From Octopus sinensis (Eukaryota), in contig NC_043009.1 in assembly GCF_006345805.1 (NCBI RefSeq), positions 8,742,001 to 8,806,000 of the forward strand: DNA of 64,000 nt, given 5' to 3'. Each line of letters begins with the position of its first letter. The first letter of the stretch is position 1. This document shows positions 37,783-50,604 of the stretch, piece by piece. The notes beneath the pieces were generated by a model. It worked only from the letters and a program-made list of their open reading frames with translations. It searched no databases and was not told the DNA's origin. The position numbers and the translations under genes are program-made.

Positions 37783-38573
37783 TTTTGCCTCATATTACAA
37801 CCCTGTGATTTAGAAAAGAAAGAAAGCATACAACAGGGAGTGTAGTCCTAGGTATATTTATCCTTCAAATTGATAAAAAAAAATGTGATAGCCACATCGA
37901 TCAAAGGCTGACCTGAGGTTAAAACATTAAACAACTGAAGAGTGGAGGGGAGGGAAAACCAAAAGTTCTTGATAGAGGATATTCATCATCAACATCGTTT
38001 AACGTCCGCTTTCCATGCTAGCATGGGTTGGACGATTTGACTGAAGACTGACGAACCAGATAGCTGCACCAGCCTCTAGTCTGATCTGACAGAGTTTCTA
38101 CAGCTGGATGCCTTTCCTAACACCAACCACTCCATGAGTGTAGTGGGTGCTTTTACGTGCCACCGGTACGAGGGTCAGTCAGACAGTACTGGCAACGGCC
38201 ACGCTCAAATGGTGTTTTTTACATGCCACCTGCACAGGAGCCAGTCCAGTGACAATGGCAACGACCTCACTCGAATGTTTTTTCATGTGCCACTGGCACA
38301 AGTGCCAGTAAGGCAGCGCTGGTAACGATCACGGAAAATCGTATTTTGTCCTTATTTACCAGTGCTGTATCATGTTTCTGGCCAAGTCCACCTTGGACTA
38401 TATTATTGTTGCTGTGGATGACTTAAGTGTATTTCATAGCACTGGACGCATTATGTGGTCATTTAGTTGCGGATGTGGCTCTGACACACAACAGTTGTTG
38501 TTTAGCTCCAGTTCAACATTCAGCAGACATACGGTCGAAGATGGTCCAACCATGACCATCCTATTTTCATGTA

Positions 38574-39068
38574 CCATAAATCCTTGAGTATAATACGCAG
38601 GGGATTTTTAGAGAGCTGTGCCTCTGAAAAACCAAAACCTTGTGTATAATACACATCCCTTCTCTAACTTGAGTCAAGGAGGTCTATATAACATCCTTGG
38701 TTTGTAAAACTGTATATGGTAACATCCTTTATTATTATTGTATATATAACATAATGCAAACGTGTAGCTTTTTTGTACATTTTGTTTGCAGAAAATAAAG
38801 AAATAACAGTAATAACATTTAATAAATGTTGCTTACTGCAAGTTATGGATGATTCTTTTATGACTTCATTGCTTTCAGGCTTAGCTTAAGGTATTTTCGC
38901 GCCCGACATCACAAAATGCGTCTGAATAAACAATGCCGGACAGCAAATAGAGACTTGGACATTGCTTAGAAAATAATTTTCATTTTTAACCTCGTATATA
39001 GTACGCACTCGAGATTTTGATCTTTAAATTTTGAGAAAGAAATGCGGATTATACTCAAGGATTTACGG
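38574..39068. mobile_element. Non-autonomous Tc1/mariner-superfamily (Tc2/pogo-like) MITE
   Basis: TIRs CCATAAATCCTTGAGTATAATACGCA / TGCGGATTATACTCAAGGATTTACGG, flanked by TA on both sides. Confidence 0.85.
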
Positions 39069-39212
39069 TATATCCAATGTCTTTATGCATATTGCCAATG
39101 TACCACACAAACCATTTTTTTTAAGAAATGGAAGGATGGAAACTTAGCTGTTGTTTCTAATAGACTGAGTAAGCACATAGAGGTTCCTTTTTTTAACATG
39201 TAATTAATTGTA

Positions 39213-40906
39213 TCAGGTCATCCCATAAGTTCTGTCCGATTTTACCTTTTTTAAAACTGAATGAAATTTAATAGTATTTTAGAATGTCTAATGGAATTAA
39301 AAATTATTTTTATGTATTTATGTACATTTAAACTAATTAAATATTATTTTACAGAATAATAGAATTAAAATTTCTTAGATTAAAACCCTTTTTAACATGG
39401 AAGTATCCAAAGAGCATTTGAGGCATATAATGCTTTATGAGTACAAAACAGGAAACTGCAGACAAAGCGACTTGAAACATACACTCAGTTTATGGGAAAG
39501 AATGCTTGAATGAAAGAACTTGCAGAAGATGGCTTGCAAAATTCAGAAGTGGAGATTTCAGCCTTGAAGATAAAGATCGAACAGGACGTCCAGTTGAGTT
39601 TGATTATAAGCTCCTTGAGGCATTACTTGAAGAAAATCCTGCATTATCAGTTGAAGACTTGGCAATAAAGCTTAGTTCAAACTGTTCATTGTCATCTTCA
39701 ACTTGGAAAGGTTCCTAAACTTGGAAAATGAGTGCCTTGTGAATTGTCCAAAAGCAACCACAAATCCCGAGTTGACATCTGCTCTTCTCTCCATTCATGC
39801 GAACTCATTTCATCCTTTTTGGATAGACATGTGACTGGTGACGAAAAATGGGTCTTCTATCGAAATGTTAAACGTCGTAAAGAGTAGCTTGGTAAAAGGG
39901 AAAAGGCTCAACCACAACCAAGAAGGGAACTTCATGGGAAAAAGGTTCTTCTCTCTATCTGGTGGGATTGCAAAGGAGTAATTCACTTTAAACTGTTACT
40001 ATCTAATGCAACAATCAATGCGCAGGTCTACTGTCAGCAATTAGAGTGTTTGAACCAAGCTTTGAAGAAAAAAAGACCCACTTTAGTGAATCGAAAAGGA
40101 GTGATGTTTCATCAGGGCAATGCTCAACCCCACACTGCAAAGATCACATCACAGAAGATCAAAGAGCTTGGTTGGGAAAAATTTCCTCATCCACCTTATT
40201 CTCCTGACTATGCTCCTTCAGACTACCATTTGTTTCATAGTTTTCAGAATGATTTGGGAGACATAACTTTTGCAAGCCAGGAGGGGGTGGAAACTGACAT
40301 TTCAGAGTTCTTTGCTTTGAAACCAAAAGAGTTTTACATTGATGGGATAAAAAAAGCTTGTAAATAGATGGAAGGAAGTCCTAGATAATCAGGGTAAGTA
40401 CATTGATGATTAAATTTCACCATTCGAGTGGGATCGTTACCAGCATCACCTTACTGGCACCCGTGCCGGTGGCATGTGTAAAAGATTCAAGAGAGGTCGT
40501 TGCCAGTGCCACCTGATTAGCCCCATGCCGGTGGCACGTAAAAGCACCCACTACACTCTTGGAGTGGTTGGCGTTAGGAAGGGCATCCAGCTGTAGAAAC
40601 TCTGCCAGATCAAGATTGGAGCCTGGTGCAGCCATCTGGTTTGCCAGCCCTCAGTCATACGTCTAACCCATGCTAGCATGGAAAGTGGACGTTAAACAAC
40701 GATGATGATGATTTGATCACTTATTCTTTACTCTTTTACTTGTTTCAGTCATTTGACTGTGGCCATGCTGGAGCACCGCCTTTAGTCGAGCAAATCGACC
40801 CCAGGACTTATTCTTTGTAAGCCCAGTACTTATTCTATCGGTCTCTTTTGCCGAACCGCTTGTTTTATTTATTCAAAATTCAGAAAGAACTTATGGGATG
40901 ACCTGA
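39213..40906 (+). mobile_element. Full-span mariner (DD34D) transposon, pseudogenised, with nested SINEs at about 40412-40860
   Basis: TIRs TCAGGTCATCCCATAAGTTCT at 39213 and inverted ending at 40906, with TA TSDs. Transposase remnants MEVSKEHLRHIMLYEY, VTGDEKW, FHQGNAQPH and HPPYSPDYAPSDYHLF. Confidence 0.95.
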
Positions 40907-41019
40907 TATATAATAAAGTGTTGTAATTTGAGCATATACTCACATACAATATCACTCAAGCATGTTGGCTCATGGTTAATTGTATGTGGTGAAATGTTAG
41001 TAAAATCTCTCTCTCTCTC

Positions 41020-41376
41020 TTTTATTTGTTTCAGTCATTTAACTGCGGCCATGCTGGAGCACCGCCTTTAGTCGAGCAAATCTTATTCTTTGTAAGCCCA
41101 GTACTTATTCTATCGGTCTCTTTTGCCGAACTGCTAAGTGACGGGGACGTAAACACACCAGCATCGGTTGTCAAGCAATGCTAGGGGGACAAACACACAC
41201 ACATACATATATACGACAGGCTTCTTTCAGTTTCCGTCTACCAAATCCACTCGCATGGCATTGGTCGGCCCGGGGCTATAGCAGAAGACACTTGCCCAAG
41301 ATGCCACACAGTGGGACTGAACCCGGAACCATGTGGTTGGTAAGCAAGCTACTTACCACACAGCCACTCCTGCGCC
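41020..41376 (-). mobile_element. SINE family A copy
   Basis: Consensus match with a small internal deletion. Confidence 0.88.
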
Positions 41377-42534
41377 TGTTAGTAAAGTCTGGTCATGTTC
41401 TACTCTGAAATATCAGCAGCATCTTGAAATTAATAAGTGTTATGTTGGCTTACAGAATTCTCTTCCACCATTCTTTCTGCAGGAAAACTTACCTGAAATG
41501 ATCAACCACAATGCACACTGGAGGCAACAGGTGAGGAAGACTTTTAGCGATTTGCTGTGCTTGAGAAGACGTGTCAGGTTAAGTGAAACCATTTTATATC
41601 CTACACCTAGCTTAATAATAAACCATCATCTTTATATGACTAATAACATTAATTAAATACAGTTTAATTAACCCTTCAGCATTCAAATTACTTTGCCAAA
41701 TAGAATGCTTATTTATTCACATTGCTTTGAATTAATTCTGCATAATCTCGTAGCTCCAGGATTTCAGTGATGTAATTACATATCTATATGAAATGACATT
41801 GTAGGATAGGTGTGAGAGGCCAGTTCTAGCCAGTTTGAACATAAAACAGGTAGAATATCTGGGCCGATTTAAATGCTTAGAATTCAAATAAAATTATTTA
41901 TTTGTAAAAATCATTTCCATTTTGTACAATATTCATGCACATATTGTAGGTACAGGAGTGGCTGCGTGGTTAAGAAGTGTGCCTCCTCACCTAGTGGTTT
42001 CATGTTCAATCCCACAGTATGGCACCATATGCAAGTGTTGTTTACTATAGCCTCAGATGGAAATTGAAAGAAGCCAGTTTTCTGTGTATGTGTGAGTATA
42101 TGCATACTTTTATCTTAATGTCATGTGATGATTGTAAATGAGCACCACCCTCATACAAGTGAGGTTGTTTATTTCCATGGAAAACATGTCTGGCCAAGAG
42201 AAAATATTATCTTGTTTGGAAACAGGTGAGGGTTGGCAAGGAGGAAGGACATCCATTTGTAGAAACACTACGTCTACAAATTCCATTCGACCCATGGAAA
42301 AGTGGAGGTTAAATGATGATGATTCAACAACTTTAGCCAACATTAAAGCGAAATTAATTGCATTCTCTCTTCCCTCCGTAACTGAGGCATTTTTCATTAG
42401 TGATGAAAATAAAGCAAAGATTAATTGAACGGAACCAACTTTGGTAAAAAAAAAAAAAAGCAATTTGGCTTTTGACATGAGAGCATGTCAGAATTCTAAT
42501 AAGAAAAATTAATTTGAAGAATTTGACTTAAATA

Positions 42535-42906
42535 CTCTTTTACCTGTTTCAGTCATTTGACTGTGGCCATGCTGGAGCACCGCCTATAGTCGAGCAAATC
42601 GACCGCAGGACTTTATTCTTTGTAAGCCCAGTACTTATTATATCGGTCTCTTTTGCTGAACCGCTAAGTTACAGGGACGTAAACACACCAGCATCGGTTG
42701 TCAAGCGATGTTGGGGAGACAAACACAGACACACAAACATACATATATATATATATGATGGGCTTCTTTCAATTTCTGTCTACCAAATCCACTCACAAGG
42801 CTCTGGTCGGCCCGAGGCTATAGTAGAAGACACTTGCCCAAGGTGCCATGCAGTGGGACTGAACCCGGAACCATGGTTGGTAAGCAAGCTACTTACCACA
42901 CAGCCG
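42535..42906 (-). mobile_element. SINE family A copy
   Basis: Full consensus match. Confidence 0.9.
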
Positions 42907-43599
42907 ATAACTTTTATGACAGGAAGTTAGAAAATACAGGTTTGCTGTAGAAAATAAATGAATTTATGTTACAAATGTAATTTTAAACAAGAAATGAAAA
43001 TTATTCAAATGTGATATGATTTATTTTCTTAGAATACACACATCTACTTACAATGGTTATCTTTTTGTTTTGTTTGCTGTGGTGCTTTTTCTTGCTTTTT
43101 TTTTTTTTTGATACATTTTTTTCAAACTTTTTTTAAAAATAAAATTGATTTTAAAGATCTCATCAATGCATATGTCACTGTATAACATTTTGGTTGTGAC
43201 CTTTCAATTTTCTACATAACAAAAACAACTTCTCAACTTTCTCTCTCTCTCTCTCTCTCTTTCTCCCATGCTCACATTCTTCATTTTAACATTGAAGTAC
43301 ACACTATCATTCTTGCTTTTACAGTTTTTTTTTGTTCTTTTTTGTTTGTTTTTTTCTTTTGAGGGGGTGGGGGAATAACAAAAAAGATGAAAATGCCAAC
43401 ATTATAACAGCAGATGATATTTTAGAAAATAAATTCACGTGATTTCTCTTCAAGGGGGAGCGGGGGAGGGGAGAAAAAGAAACCCCAATAATTCAGCATT
43501 GGTCTCTGTTTTTAAGACCGTATTGTTTCTAACAGAGCAACATGTCCATTTATTGTAGAAAATGGAAGTCACAGCACACATGGTATCATCAATAATGGT

Positions 43600-43980
43600 A
43601 TGTAATACTTATATATATGCATATATGTATCTATATATATATATAAATATACACATATATATACATGTGTGTGTGTATATATATATACACACACACGTGT
43701 GTATATATATATATATATATATATACATATATGTCTATATATGTGTATATATATATACACACACACATATATACATATGTATATATATATATGCACATAT
43801 ATACATATGTGTATATATATATATATACACACACACACATACATATAGACATATATATATATATATATACACACATATATACATGTATATATACATATTT
43901 ATGCATGTATACATATATACATACATATCTATGCATGTATACATACATATATATACACACACACACATATACATATACAA
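43600..43980. repeat. Compound TA/CA microsatellite (similar tracts at 1720-1872 and 58340-58625)
   Basis: Direct inspection. Confidence 0.95.
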
Positions 43981-44649
43981 TAGTTCTACTTAACTGCACA
44001 AGCTGATTTGGAAAATGATAAACAAGTAGGGACAATATAAAACAAAACCTATGTTGACTAATTAAATGCTAACAGATTTTGGTTTGATATGACTAGGCCC
44101 AAAGTTCCATGAATTTTGAAAATGGGATATTGTAATGTCTGTTTTTTTTCTGAAAAGATTAACGTAGGTGAATGGAATCAAAACTGGATTGCAATCTTGG
44201 ATTTTTTTAAGGAGCACATCTCTCATTCCGTTGTGATTGGCAGGAAAGGAAGGTTTATCTAGCAGAAGCTCTTGCCATGTTCTTTCGGGAACATGTCAAC
44301 CATTTTTGATGTCCATTTGGAAACAAGCTGGCTACATCATGACAAACCACAAAGGAGGGCAGTCACAGCATCTCTGGCCCTCAGTGAAGATTGACTCCAG
44401 AGAACACAAAACGCTTTAGAAATTCTGCTCAGCCTCTGTCTACAGATACACTATAAGCGGTCTTGCCCCTTAATCAAAACAGGTTTGGAGAAGAGAGGTG
44501 GGGTTAATTTTGTGCAACTCTCCCTCACTTAAATCCAATTTCTGTGTAAATCAGCAGATGAAGATGTACTGAAAGCTGTGGTCACAAAATGCAGTTGTCT
44601 GATGTCATGTGATGACCATCCTTCACTGATATTGAAGTAGTGATGGAGT

Positions 44650-45720
44650 CCAGCAACCCCATAGTAACTAAATAGAGACTTCAAAGACTAAACTGCGTAA
44701 CTCCACAGTCCAAGGAAGAGTCTGGAAAAAGTGGTCTGCACACCTTTCAGTCACATGGAATGTGCTAATGCTCATGGACAGCACCAAAGCAGAAAAACCG
44801 AGGAGAATGGTCCGGATTGCCAGGGAGCCAGGTCACAGAAACAAGAACTTCACTGGTTCATGCCACTTCCACCAGCAACCCTAACACACAGTGGCGACAA
44901 ACCCTGAGGAAGTCAAGGTAACGTTCTAAGATGAATTGAACCTTCTTTGTCAAGTTTATGTGAAATCAAGACAAATTTATTGCTCTTAGTGATTTCAATG
45001 CTGGGGTCAGATATGACTGAAAACCAGTGAGTGGTCATTGACAATACTGAAATCAGAAGATACAACAGATATAGTCTTAAGTAGAGAACATGTGCAGAGT
45101 CTACAACTCACAAATACAATTTTTGCCTGCTTCACTACAAGACATCAAGGATGCGACCTCACTCCAATCACTTGGAATGGCTACACACATCAAATCCAGA
45201 TTCAGTGTCTGTATACAGCCTCAGAAAAAGAAGACCCTTAATCAGGAAGCTGAATGTCTTGATGCAGCTCTGTTTCCATGGAAGTGACAATCAAGAGACC
45301 AAAATGCGAAAAGCTTCACCTTATTTCTGCTGGTGTCAAAGACCAACTCTATTAAATGGCACTTGAATAACTTGGTGCCAAATCGTACAAGCACATGGTT
45401 AAGTACTATAAACCTGAGATACAGGCCTTCCTGGACCAGAGACAGTCTTCTCAGAGCTCGTCACAATCCAAATGAGGTGCTTTTGTTATGATATGCAAGA
45501 TAATCTAAGGTGAATTTCAGACGCAGGACTCAGAGTCAATAAGAGAGTGGATATTCAGATGTATACAGATAGCAAGAATATGAGATGTTTTGCAAGCCAT
45601 CTACAGCCCATGGCCAGTGTATTTCTGCTGCTGAGTACAAATAGTTCAGCAGTGATGATGAACAAGAAGACCTCTGGCAAAAATTAGCTGAGCAGGTCCA
45701 CTCTCCTGGAATCTCCCTTC
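44650..45720 (+). mobile_element. Heavily decayed RTE LINE, APE endonuclease region
   Basis: Fragments such as DKFIALSDFNAGV (LGDFNA motif), NPEEVK and TIFAC-HYKTSR-D, with many frameshifts. Confidence 0.5.
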
Positions 45721-48700
45721 ACTGACAATGGAGGCAATAAGTTACTTCAACGAGAGAGGAAAAAAATATTAATCGTTAGTCATTCACAGACACAGCCAGG
45801 TGTGATGTTATGGTCTTTATCCCTAAGCATGAATATTTCAGATTATCATTAGAGATGTGATGCGAAATGCTTACAATTAAAAATTGAAACCAAATTGCAG
45901 ATTCAGTTTTTTTTTCAGAATTCACCTCTACATACAATGGAATTCCAAACGGTATTATTAATTTGTTCATTTTAATATCTCCAATTTAAAAGAATAACCT
46001 ATATAAATATCTTATAAAAACTAACTTGATTGAGAAGAAGAACAACCAAAAAAAATGCATTTTAAAAAATAGTCTCCAACAAGGTCGCTATTTGTCAGTT
46101 CATTCATGAGTGGATATGAAGAAGGGAAAAAACCAAGAGTTATTCCTTGACGGAAAGGAAGAGTAATGACAATTTGACTTCACTGATACAGCCACAACCT
46201 TGACTAGGATGATAAGAGGGTTTAACCAAATGAAGTGATGCAGCTTAAAAAAAAAAGGGACTTAATTGGCACCCTTTAAGGAAATATGCTTTATAAAAAA
46301 AAATTATTAATTTCCAATTAGCTCTTCTGAGTATAATTTTTTTTATTTTTTGGTAGTGTAAGACAGTTATGAAAGAAATCTAGCAAACTGAAATTTGCAC
46401 TGAAGATAATTCTAAGAATTAATATAAGACAATCATCCTATCAACCTTTAATGCTGCCAATAGTACTTTATAAATAGGGGCGAAAATAACATCACTTTAT
46501 AACAGTATGCAGGCACCTCTTGATAGTTGTAAGTGGAAACTGTTAGCTCAAAGTTGGATAAATTCTATCTTTGTAGTAAATAATTTCTTTCTTAGATACA
46601 AAGCAAGTTTAGTAGTAAGAGAAATATAGTTGAGTCAATCTCAGCATATTTCTGTTATTTATTTTTTTAACCAACCTAGATTTTCTTCAAGTTCATTACA
46701 TTTTATGGCCAAATTAAATATTTTGTTCAAAATAAACACCATTTTTAAAGATGGAATGAAGAAAAAATACAAATACTGTTTATGTCCTCTTGAGTATAAA
46801 TGAAGACAAAATTAAAAACATAAATAAAATAATTAGTGTTGGACCATTTCTCCACACAATAACGAGATGATAAAATTATACTTTACTACTAACTTACACT
46901 TTGCTGGAAATTTTCCCAGTAACTTTTTTTTTCCACAATATTTATTTTTTGTTTTGTTCCCCATTAATGTGTTTTGTTTTGTTTTTTTTTTAATATTTTT
47001 AAATTTTTTTTTCTTTTATACTAAATAAACAAATATTATTCCTAACAACTGGACTTGAAAAAACTTCAGGTTAAAAAAATATTTGAGAGAAAACTCACCG
47101 GGTGTTAATATCTATCGATAAAAACGAAACACATAATTGACATGCATGGCAAAGACTAATTTGAAGAGCCCAATGTTGTCATACACGAAGGGAATGGGTT
47201 GGGGGGAAGCTGGAACCAACAGAAAAGCAACAAGCATGTGAGGAAGCTTAGCTATAGGGGAATTGCAGACAAGACAAGCTGTGGAGTTGGTTAAACAAAA
47301 CAGTAACCAAATTTCAATAATTTCCAATCGAAGAAAAAAAAAAAAAGGTAAGTTAAAAGCCCTGATTCTTATTTGCTAAAGAAACAACAACGAAAAAAAA
47401 AAAAAAACTTGGTTTCTTACTAAGAAGAGTTAAACAGATGTTCATGCCCTAGCAAAAGTCATAAAGTTCTGTTAAATGGTTACGATAGACAATTGAAACT
47501 TGGTCAGATTCAAATCCCCTGGATGTAGTATTGAACCAAGGTATAAGTAACTAAGAGTTTATTACAAATGCATGAAGCGAAGCATTTAGACATTAACAAA
47601 AGCTGTGTGTGCTTTCAGTGAACAGGCAATGTAACGAAGTAGATGCAACTGGAACTAAAAACCAAATTCAGTTTTGCAGAGGAGAGAACATAGTGTGTCG
47701 TATTACACAGAACTCACTCACACCATAACAATAAGGCTTATCTCTTGAAGAAGAAACAAAAAAAAAAAAAAGAAAAGAAAAAAAACATGTGAAAAGAAAC
47801 AAATGACTTTTTTTTTTATCAATATAAATATTGATGTACCCTAATAGTCAGTTCGCTGAAGAACAAGATTACAAGACTGTGTGTAATGCCCAATATGTAA
47901 ACCAAATGAAGTGATCTGAATAGAACAACCATGTAGATATACCTAAATGTGTGTGTGTGTATAAAATGCATTATGTGTACATGTATATATACACAAACAC
48001 AAATGCATGTGTGTGTGTGTATATATACATATATGTGTGTACATACACAGACGAAAAGTCTTATAAATAAGGCAGAACATAAAGTAAAATGGTGACTTAT
48101 TTATAGGACATGGTATATATGCATATGAGGGCATAGAATAAAATAAATATGTTAATATTTTGATTGCAAATTGAAGTTTACAAAGGCCTAATGTTAACAT
48201 GTAAGTGTACGGGTGTAAAGTTTTTGTTTTATGTTGTACAAAAACATAAATGCTCAATACTCCTTTGTGTTAAAGAGTGTGTGTGTGTGTGTGTGTAGCA
48301 ATAGTAGTTTCATTTGGTTTATACAAGCAACAAATTCATCAAGCAGCAAGGAAAAATAATGTTCTGCTGATAAATCCAAAACCATACAGAAACGCAAAGA
48401 ACAAATGGATTTTTGAAGAGGGGAAGAGGAATAACAAGGAGAGTAAAACATAAAAAACAATGATGAAACATCTTAAAACTAGATTTTTGCAGTTGTACAC
48501 CTGTCCCCTATTAATGGCTGAAATGCTTCACTTTGTGGCATTTTTCCTCAATTGCTCGATACAAATTGTCTATGGTAATCAGAAATGGCTCTGAAACTTT
48601 ATTTTCCATTTTTATTTAGTATAGTTTCACATAATTTTCCTTTGTTTACAGTGTTGTGCTGTGGACATTTTAACCACCCACTACATTTTTATTATTATAC

Positions 48701-50604
48701 CTTAAAAGAAAAATCTTCAATTTTTTTTTTGTTTTAAATATCAGCTTAAGATTTTTGAAATTACAAAACGAAAATAGTTTAATCATAAACAGATTTAGGG
48801 TAAGGATATTTACAAATGCAGTACCTTTTTCTGCATACAAATCTAATTTGCATCTTAAATATATATTTTGTTTGCATTTGTAATTATATTTTCGTCCTTT
48901 AAAATTTTTGAGCAAAACAATGCTTTCAAGTGTAAACAAAATATTTGTATAATTAAGACTTAAACTGCAAACACAAAGCAGAGAAACAAGTACTGCAGTT
49001 ATTAATTATCTAACCCTAATCAGTTTTTGATTTTTAAAAATTAATTATTTTTCTGCAAATTCTGAATACCTGGTGTTCAAAGTATAAAAAACTGAAGAGT
49101 ATAATAAAAAAATAGTTAGTGGTGTGGGAGTAATCCACACTAAAATGAATAAGTGCTTAAATTTCTCAATAACAATATCTGTCTTTATGTATTTGATCAA
49201 TTGTGACCTTATAAGTAGCCAAAAAAATTCGACGTAGTTATGTCCCTTTACTTGGATTCCTTGGTTACCCAGATTTGAACTCGAAGCTTTAAAACAGTAC
49301 TGAATTCACCACCACACACCCATGCCAAGCGCAAAATACTGACATATATTATGTATCCATGAGAAAGAGTGTGATATTAGCTTTTGCTTATCCCCAGGCC
49401 AGTTATGACTGAGGAGATATGTGTATGGTCAATGCACATCTAATCTTTTTGTACTCAACGAATTCTCTCCAATATGTCGTTTCTGTTTTACGATGACAGT
49501 ATGTGTTCGTGTGTGGTTAAGCTTCATGTTTATTACTGAACTCAAACCCATTAGAAATCGACAGAAGTCTCGTAATAAATATTGATCTACCTGACAAAAA
49601 GGTGCCATAAGGTCATTACAATTCTTAAACCTACATCAAGCTGTAAGAGTTTGTCTCCAAAGTCGAGCATCTACAATCAGCAAATCAAGCAGATTAAAGG
49701 TTCGTTTGCATATTCTTCAGTCTCTTGGACAGTACATTGAAGAAAAAAAAGTCTTAGTAGACTGCGACTACATAGTGTCTCTCTCTTTCTCTCATTTTAA
49801 TCCCACCAACTCTCAACTGTGCTCCATTAACATGTACTTTCAGATCTGATCTCTAGATAATTCCACTTAGGATACATAAAAGAAAAAAAAGACAATGTTA
49901 AATGAAATGCTACTTGCTTGCTTTATAGGTTTTATTGTTGTTGGTGATGATGGTGTTGATGTCATAAATTCTAATAATAATTCTCCAGTTTCAATGATAA
50001 CAATATATTTTATTTTATTATTTTAATAGACAGAGTCCTCCTCTTTTTGGTTTAGCCTTTCAGACATAAAATACTTCGATGACAGACAAAACAAATGGGT
50101 TTAAAAACAAAAAAAAAAAAACGTAATTAAACACAAGTGAACCAGCTTTACCTTGTTTGTTTGTTATCTAAAAATTTCAATTACCCCCACCTACTCGTTA
50201 AATATGGTAAGCTAACATCCCTGATAGAACTACAAATACACTAATTGATGGGAAGTTCCTCTCCCTGCCATCCCCCTCTTTCTTTTCTACAATTACAAAA
50301 GTAATAATAGAAGAAGAAGAGGGAAACAAAACGAAGAGAGATGGGGAAGATATAAGGATGCGGATAGAGAAGAAGAAAAAGAGAGAAAGAGAGTTTTTTT
50401 TTTCTCTAGAGACAAATGAGGTAAGTTTTTCTTCAGGTAAAAAATACTGCCAAAAATAATGTTTTGTGTTTGTTTTTGCTTGTTTTTGCTTCATTTGAAC
50501 TAACAATGTGAAAGAAAACAGAAGAATGAAATGAAAAAAAAAAAAAACGAAAGTGAAATAAAAATAAATGCATATATCACAGTCATCAAGAATGTTGAAG
50601 TTTA

